Virus record (IMG/VR): IMGVR_UViG_3300013936_000011
Location: 1 to 64,000 of that record
Length of the DNA stretch: 64,000 nt
DNA from: a virus
Lineage: Duplodnaviria; Caudoviricetes
Direction: 5' to 3' (one strand)
The notes under the pieces were generated by a model. That model saw only the letters and a list, made by a program, of their open reading frames with translations. It did not search any database and was not told the DNA's origin. Positions 60,601 to 64,000 of this stretch are shown one piece after another. Every line of letters begins with the position of its first letter. Position 1 is the stretch's first letter. Made by a program: the position numbers and the translations under genes.

Positions 60601-61002
60601 GGCAAAGATAGTTTATTAAGTAGCCCCGCTTCTATAATAGGATTTAGTGCTATCGGTTTAGCTATAGGTGTAGCTGCTGCAGGATATGCAGGTGGACCAC
60701 TTAAGAAGAGTAAAGCTGTTCAAGACGAACAACAACAAAGACAACAAACAGACGATAGAATGACTGTCCCTGAATTTTTTGACAATCAAGGAGGCTTTGT
60801 TACAGGAAATTCACAACAGGGCTATATTATCAATATCAATGCTAATACTAAGAAAGGTGAACGTCATATGAAGAGAGCTATGAAAGAAGCTGTATCAGCT
60901 TCTGTTGGTGGCGCAGTAAGTATAAATATGAATTTCAAAAGTAATAGTAGTGGTGGATGGTCAGATAAAGATATCGAAAAAATAATTAATAATTATATGT
61001 AA
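51655..61002 (+). CDS. Giant two-barrel RNA polymerase (candidate virion RNAP) with an N-terminal DEDDh exonuclease domain, about 3115 aa
   Basis: Exo motifs GYDLET, VGHNIRGFD, AHSAGND; polymerase motifs PKTFSNSAEKS (K-x7-K), RYP, NLNGDLDGD (DLDGD at 59023-59037), EQDIISAKK; ATG at 51655 preferred to the track GTG at 51643. Confidence 0.8.
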   Translation: MANFNKNITIYDNKYSVVKGRRADGTFRSGSETLADRQKRVSTKFADDITAIQDFVDTFANQSKVIFRDDNTLVLKTSHKPFDRVEESEAAKKALDILNTNKFFNTITNKTSPSNVTLKYHNLANINTTASYDNMSHVFDKYQNIIKSNGTIVGYDLETLGGMSDGIWNPLGITEFGINKQHIVNGKVAKTTSENIMLSGTVNHTAELNKIRAVLMSPNGAKKLAEDPQYRGLLVSAKRYSMYGHKDTKIHFDGKKGYGVIDSFVGEKGEAWGNLEQITAGVNKFINIEKQASQAIDEASGLRKDVKTSIDYIFDIMKTGNDQHGLVVGHNIRGFDNAALNQYVKKLYNSDKAAQKYITSKMGILGINTPGFHLGPIAQADSLNFSRVVNNKNYMGALLDVSDRGRQILAQAGRGINKQENIGAVFFPHLFEGAMAHSAGNDTAVVNAFFTHRFTEDYLKKIGIDQDAIGTFKGKTLIEAMNDMMGSFDNAVDIKANRQQIFMANKTMNGSFGGKKVFNFTRDSQGNIITSTGHFINPNGGIEYNPVHGKQIGVVRNQPYTIVNYGSVNTSQYSGQLANLVPEFATDEAYYLNLEQVVGDKYKSRTNPTQTTMLFSTKEEMEGFIDSYLTPFAESTTGGGYKYLGNRKVAESYAKQYMLTDKGLEFNQQQWNSMFEAEQIKGALNSNFERRYEKKAAENFLFGDKSAKRIGESLDFIEYLNKKNLSAMTADDLGRIYYNKYSGMKVGNVEITKNLADEIRENIKDTFGFHPRDENGKPLEKKILLDATADNAIASFEHVKEQEKYYRNALNTVFKAHNINPSQHGSYGVTIAKSGQVMAAINNDFITLNDALSVPVANSVGEFMDLSEKGVRNLALNADTQLMPKALVDNMYEFKLSKDFYFNKKASNINGLMSPKEYQNIIQYSLDSSDPGMNFIDKLIKIQTGATRQLTETERIQSGRQVFYQFVNDELSKDKVLSKNQHIIELGSYVQKKDYNLRHALSYLEQGISEVREANPEAGVIRSTAKRGIKTNYLMSKYRNNLTPEAMAETMKGIGKTVDVSSAKGTERKKMVEKLVNSFIIDEGTFSRDLKALHGSNTDAIEDTMLAYRTLKKQYGTFVNDLIDAAGNVDMNLVFNEKSGRLFVQKGEKMVDLDNIARIISDQGALYGKSGSQRLAIHHVLEYDQRAKALKYRTNLDDHFGGMKTLVKRIDKLAEKGEVDLDSFRRAVGKLQVDLNEAPVYKYNYGSLLLANSPVDIRGVDPLYPELFKEDGEFHSIITRMSNNDKFNVDDLQNIMERRIPESLEPGKLDPMQRSLMSPDVVPILQEFNRATTNNSVVDRILKHINDTGKETKETKGIKVVNELYIPQGSGGFDNYGRPVSVSAFNRNWIKANTIEEASKTYENLLIGARVIDTKQVHANIYKNVKEVGNLAGDFAIRQLNMSNQNISQLVKYKRNSVIDSIINKYSNDPDRKYIADDVEQIMSEVEHIVRGSVYEQGKLMDPELFERLIGDNPQDVRKISYNLNAIPAIEAMLEREDPEKLIKTKIPQMREMFGELKRDENGHYRYVKTPGTIIKRGETIFPYEAFGDIEKRFGSKFPESVLSLKFRNKEGIELSEAEISKIINDTFGKQDIDIKDVINLFSNGDEFTAAYEVAHISQQELPKTFSNSAEKSMTRIPYAKTGSHDPRIRKILTDTENDHWVKNIVLRDETLDAWYHDLEKAYKDGGKTAKDILKQNGFDTIQDLKEAAKRERLLYRDFVFGENSIFGMVSVIANDNVTGHENMGHQMSSALGEAIRLTGKYTAKPGASNTEQWESGINKVAEIIASDPKKFGFIREMDSSKGVNEAKTLDISQNLSLLFSTNTYDKNKKGIEVLDSEKIVNLFREIDKTILKNAPEEDRLVHTNLEGVDELVGAVKTITVDGKRHAIGSVGVTSTAFAEDSEVQSGVSQEYLDAKKALRQYTHMLDQVKAIKPEDLTEQHINLLKILPERIEEIRNEIDAMSDGAAFMKIDDQLRNILSNSALNSTTERRLSNLIANSSDPYGYTKLIEEASDKLIARNKDGEFEINKKYKTDNVNRPWLEDVKQQITFNPLEEDELTEKMLKEEEYRHLEPIYNEVVRKRGMKLGTDSAELFYQGNIAYAGAKFNAGGNVDLQPLLDKGVEVVPAEKYVGNLGRASAGQFVSSYADKTILLDLGENYANMSETGNRYIAVPGLGNVVNSQEIKRDWQKTAGALANTWQEWSNLGFNDTEEGLRLVSRMDDLYDKLNTESQQIVKKGNVFAEKAKVRVNAPAQRLKIQATLGESELHDPLIDKIRANTPDNYKVDEDWFRDNATILGKSVSEWEKHGPNGPSLYYNYRLSSMSDFQNKGYFDYDFMRQMGFTKKDASGNMVPITDKTELRSEMINYLKTHGTMDISDRYPNIYDTSALTNYTFLDTTLADNATAIAGHTLSNLNGDLDGDSDSTVKIAKNNVNYLLYNKHKEDSMAQMKADLKAQNIDIDSLDKDMVEENLRRNTIQSMKQNNVRGTAEELGEAYDFFRGKELESIRVAVDNAKVVRENVAETLAKDSGRAYKSMALSVDGKNLLAEVEGGRSSLGRLRTFNRRENVGAGELVKSDNELKDYFAEAVNVLDKQPDLFKGEKFKYVEGMREIGDKESAKTVVSFGNNQREALDEMLYILQKSGSQMADQAETAALGRIQQNKYVESLLFKGSKDAIGLVDAQLYAMKQASDNYFAQAEKDTERRLRLSGMSESEIRNSPELKSIALKRGNITLFSGGSEQDIISAKKLKMYAGDDRFMSFGGTMQSIRSGRATQETREDFLDWFERYGKFSTVASQFDTWADDGTLSESMINKASSYIDKYEKEGVKDAAEKGKAMYLAEHYYDTIDTLNKNNESFRADANLFAVFGRNGGSVERLVNVEGASGESHTALIQSLLSGQDVSYKDHDFEKQGTRVMADRLKNINNFKNITKASSETLEHIVEGGKDSLLSSPASIIGFSAIGLAIGVAAAGYAGGPLKKSKAVQDEQQQRQQTDDRMTVPEFFDNQGGFVTGNSQQGYIININANTKKGERHMKRAMKEAVSASVGGAVSINMNFKSNSSGGWSDKDIEKIINNYM

Positions 61003-61030
61003 AACTATATTATTAAGTAGGATATATTAT

Positions 61031-61062
61031 GATAGGCTTAGATTGTCCTAGGCCTATCGTTT
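61031..61062 (+). terminator. Intrinsic terminator
   Basis: GATAGGCTTAG-ATTGTC-CTAGGCCTATC then GTTT. Confidence 0.6.
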
Positions 61063-61086
61063 ATTATATGTAAAGGAAGTGAAAAA

Positions 61087-64000
61087 ATGGCTAATAATCT
61101 TTCAGATATAAGAGATAAATGGGCAGAGATGAAAGTCTCTAAAGTAGAAAATACTGATATGGATATAGAAGATTTTGTCCCTAATATCTACGAAATGATA
61201 AAAGAAGATTGTATTACTGAATATCTAGGGTCTATATCTGATTCTTTAAATAAAGGCAAAGATGATTATAAGAACGTAGCTTATTATTGCGAAGCTCCTT
61301 ACAGTGAAACTCTAGGCTATGATGATAAAGAAAAGGTCTGGGTATTAAGTGTAGACGGAATAGAATATAGTAAAAATATGCTTGATATGGGTTCTATAGA
61401 TGGTGATACATATGGTTTTAGTTTTTCTGATATAGATGATGGTGGCAAAAGCGCAACTATAGGTTCTAAAACATATAAAGGATTTGAAGATTATATTAAA
61501 TCTATGAACTGCGTTAGTAGTGGTGGCGACGACAGAGGCGGTATTAAAGTCAGAGCCGCAGGTGTAGACTGTGCCGAAATCCCTCACTACGAAGCTGTGG
61601 TTGTTTACAATAAAGATACAGAACTAGAAGCATTGACATGGGACCAAATAGAAGGTTTAGCTGTATCTAAAAAAGCTGAGATACAATATGCTCCTTATCT
61701 TATAAATAAGAATAAGAGTGATGATCCTGATAAATGGACTCTTTCAGAAAGAGATAAATCACACTCTGTTTTATTCTACAAAAACAAACAAGACGGAATT
61801 ACTACTTATCTAGAAGTAGTTAAAAAAGATGCTTCTTATTTATTTAGCTCATCTAGTGATTATGCTGGCGGTACTCCTATGTTAGTTGTAGGAGCTGGTA
61901 AATCTTGGGGCAAGGATACAGTATTAGATGGTTATAAAGCTCAAAGAAGAATCAAAGAGCTTTTAATAGATAAAAAGAGCAGCATACAAGATATGATACT
62001 AATACTTGATGCTCACACTACTACTGCAGTTAGAACAGCTCCTACATATACATGTTATACCTCTTTATATTATTTCCCTGAAACAGTAAAAAATATAATA
62101 CAAAGTTGGATTGATAAACAAGATGGTAGACCATTAAGCAGATTAACTTATTCTCCATTCGGTACAGATAAATATGGACGTTTACTAGGAACACTATACG
62201 TTAAGATGAAAATGAACGGAGAATCTGTATGGATTAATGTATCTAAATATGTTCAAGCAGGAACAAACCTTACTGAACCAGATCCTGATTTTAGTGGTTC
62301 TCCAGAATTAGAAGGTATTTACAACGGACTAAGTAACGATGCATTTAAAATAGGAAGTTATAATAACTCTTATAGATTTATAGATGATAGTAATGTTAGC
62401 GGAAATGAATCATTTGAAAAAATGATCAAACTTCATGAATCTCTTACTGGTTTAGAATGGAACGCAGAAAAAGAATGTACTGTATTGCTTGGTGATAGCT
62501 TCTTCTTAATTCCTCCACAAAGTATTCGTAATGTAAGTAACATAGATTATACAAAAGTACCACTATTAAGAAGTAAAGGTACCATGGTTAAGAATCAAGC
62601 TAACCGTGAACAAGTACTCGAAATGGACGTATTCTTCTATGGTGAAAATGGTATCAACGGTATTCCGTATAAAGCAGAAACGCCTAATGGTACAGAAGTT
62701 ACTTACTATATGAATGGTCTAAGAGCATTATTTGCTCAGTTCAGAATATGCCCTTTCTTACCTATTCATAATTATTATATCAATAATGTATTAGGAATAG
62801 AAGCTGTAACAATGGTAGGCATCTCACTTGATACGGTTGAAGGATTTCCTAAATTGCTTAAAGCTACTCTTACTCTTCGTGAGTTTAACTACAGAGTTTA
62901 TATGCCAGATTTACCTATACAATATGTAAATAGTGATACTGGTAAAATACAAGACTTTGAACCTATATTTGCCAAATGTTTCGAATGGGAAGTTTACAGA
63001 TATTATTATCAAAGATGTATTATGCACGGAGAAGAAATAAGTAAGTATACTTACAATACATATGAATACGGTGAATACTATTATTCTTATAAGAATGTCT
63101 TACAACGTGCAAATTTAACTTCTCAAAGTATAGAGTTTTATGTGCCAGATGATAATTGGTTAACTAAAGCTTTACAATGCAAAAAAGATAAGGATAGATA
63201 TGGTCAAATGATATCTTCAGTATCATTAAATGATGATGAATCAAGTTATGTAAATGAAATAGCTGGCGATGATCCATTAGTAGATAACGATACTTTTAAA
63301 AGCAAACTTAAAACATTGCTTAAGGATAGTAAGGTTCAACTTAAAAATAAATATAATACTTCAGATAGTGTAGTTGGTGTCAACACCAATGATATATACC
63401 GTACTGATGATTATGCTACAACATGGTCTAAATCAAGAACTCATGTTATGGATGTTAAACCTAGCGATCTTAAAACTATATTCAAGAACAGACTAAATGT
63501 ATTATTTAACTTAGGATGGGTTAATGATGTTACATTAGATGAAGGATTAAATAGTGCTAATACAGCAGTCGTATGGACTTTTAATATCAAGCTTGATACT
63601 AGTAAAGTTAGTTTAGATAATATCAGAGAATATGTCAGAGACTTATCAACTAAGACAGATGAAGGTGCTTCATCAGCTAACTTCTTTAAAGATGGATGCG
63701 GTAAATATATCGTAACAGCTCAATATGATGAAAACAGTAAGTTTGTCGGCGTATCAGCTGCTTATGATGCAGGACTTGCCGCTATAATGGCCGCAGGTTC
63801 AGGAAGTAATAAGCCATCTGAAGTTAGCACAACTTCTGAAGTATTCAATTATGCAAACTATACAGATCCTAAAGCTATGAAGTTTGTTCCTTACATAAAA
63901 GATTTAAATGGTAACAGTGTAAGCATAGATCTAGATTTATTACATGTAGTAACACAAAACACTTTTACAGAAATGTATTTAAAAGCTCAAGATGGTTTTG
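61087..64000 (+). CDS. Large virion/baseplate-region protein with a thermonuclease (SNase) domain; runs off the right edge, absent from the ORF track
   Basis: ATG 61087 with AAGGAAG SD; in-frame IDGDT (about 61396-61410), VRAAGVDCAE (about 61549-61578) and DKYGRLLGTLYV (about 62167-62202). Confidence 0.8.
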   Translation, partial: MANNLSDIRDKWAEMKVSKVENTDMDIEDFVPNIYEMIKEDCITEYLGSISDSLNKGKDDYKNVAYYCEAPYSETLGYDDKEKVWVLSVDGIEYSKNMLDMGSIDGDTYGFSFSDIDDGGKSATIGSKTYKGFEDYIKSMNCVSSGGDDRGGIKVRAAGVDCAEIPHYEAVVVYNKDTELEALTWDQIEGLAVSKKAEIQYAPYLINKNKSDDPDKWTLSERDKSHSVLFYKNKQDGITTYLEVVKKDASYLFSSSSDYAGGTPMLVVGAGKSWGKDTVLDGYKAQRRIKELLIDKKSSIQDMILILDAHTTTAVRTAPTYTCYTSLYYFPETVKNIIQSWIDKQDGRPLSRLTYSPFGTDKYGRLLGTLYVKMKMNGESVWINVSKYVQAGTNLTEPDPDFSGSPELEGIYNGLSNDAFKIGSYNNSYRFIDDSNVSGNESFEKMIKLHESLTGLEWNAEKECTVLLGDSFFLIPPQSIRNVSNIDYTKVPLLRSKGTMVKNQANREQVLEMDVFFYGENGINGIPYKAETPNGTEVTYYMNGLRALFAQFRICPFLPIHNYYINNVLGIEAVTMVGISLDTVEGFPKLLKATLTLREFNYRVYMPDLPIQYVNSDTGKIQDFEPIFAKCFEWEVYRYYYQRCIMHGEEISKYTYNTYEYGEYYYSYKNVLQRANLTSQSIEFYVPDDNWLTKALQCKKDKDRYGQMISSVSLNDDESSYVNEIAGDDPLVDNDTFKSKLKTLLKDSKVQLKNKYNTSDSVVGVNTNDIYRTDDYATTWSKSRTHVMDVKPSDLKTIFKNRLNVLFNLGWVNDVTLDEGLNSANTAVVWTFNIKLDTSKVSLDNIREYVRDLSTKTDEGASSANFFKDGCGKYIVTAQYDENSKFVGVSAAYDAGLAAIMAAGSGSNKPSEVSTTSEVFNYANYTDPKAMKFVPYIKDLNGNSVSIDLDLLHVVTQNTFTEMYLKAQDGF

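Noticed and set aside
16256-61587. Short minus-strand and nested ORFs in the right arm
   Set aside because: Shadows of long plus-strand structural genes; 61345-61587 is antisense to the 61087 ORF
1-64000. tRNA/rRNA genes, integrase, transposase, introns or inteins
   Set aside because: None recognised by eye; terminase and capsid genes are of normal uninterrupted length. A tRNAscan/Infernal run would be needed to exclude small RNAs

Overview
A 64 kb, AT-rich segment of a large contractile-tailed (myovirus-type) phage. GGAGG Shine-Dalgarno sites suggest a low-GC Firmicutes host (inference). Two arms diverge at about 15.0-15.2 kb. The left arm (1-14,992, minus strand) holds small early/host-takeover-type genes and a split two-barrel (YonO/RdRP-like, DFDGD) RNA polymerase of about 705 + 566 aa. 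Nearly every transcription unit from 0.5 to 8 kb is preceded by a fixed-geometry element, CACAW-N3-TGT-N3/4-GTMTTC-[stem-GACA-stem], whose stems covary and which would fold as an extra-stable DNA hairpin on the template strand. The right arm (15,205 to the window end, plus strand) is the virion module: candidate internal proteins, terminase, Ig-domain protein, GroES, portal, prohead protease, capsid, neck, two sheath paralogues, three tube-domain proteins, chaperones and a 2142-aa protein in the tape-measure position. It ends with a roughly 3115-aa protein combining a DEDDh exonuclease with a second two-barrel RNA polymerase (DLDGD; candidate virion RNAP) and a thermonuclease-domain ORF that runs off the window. 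The main hypothesis is an N4-like transcription programme (giant virion RNAP, heterodimeric second RNAP, template-strand hairpin promoters, SSB-tailed cofactor) built from two-barrel rather than T7-like polymerases. All calls rest on motif reading by eye; no searches were run.
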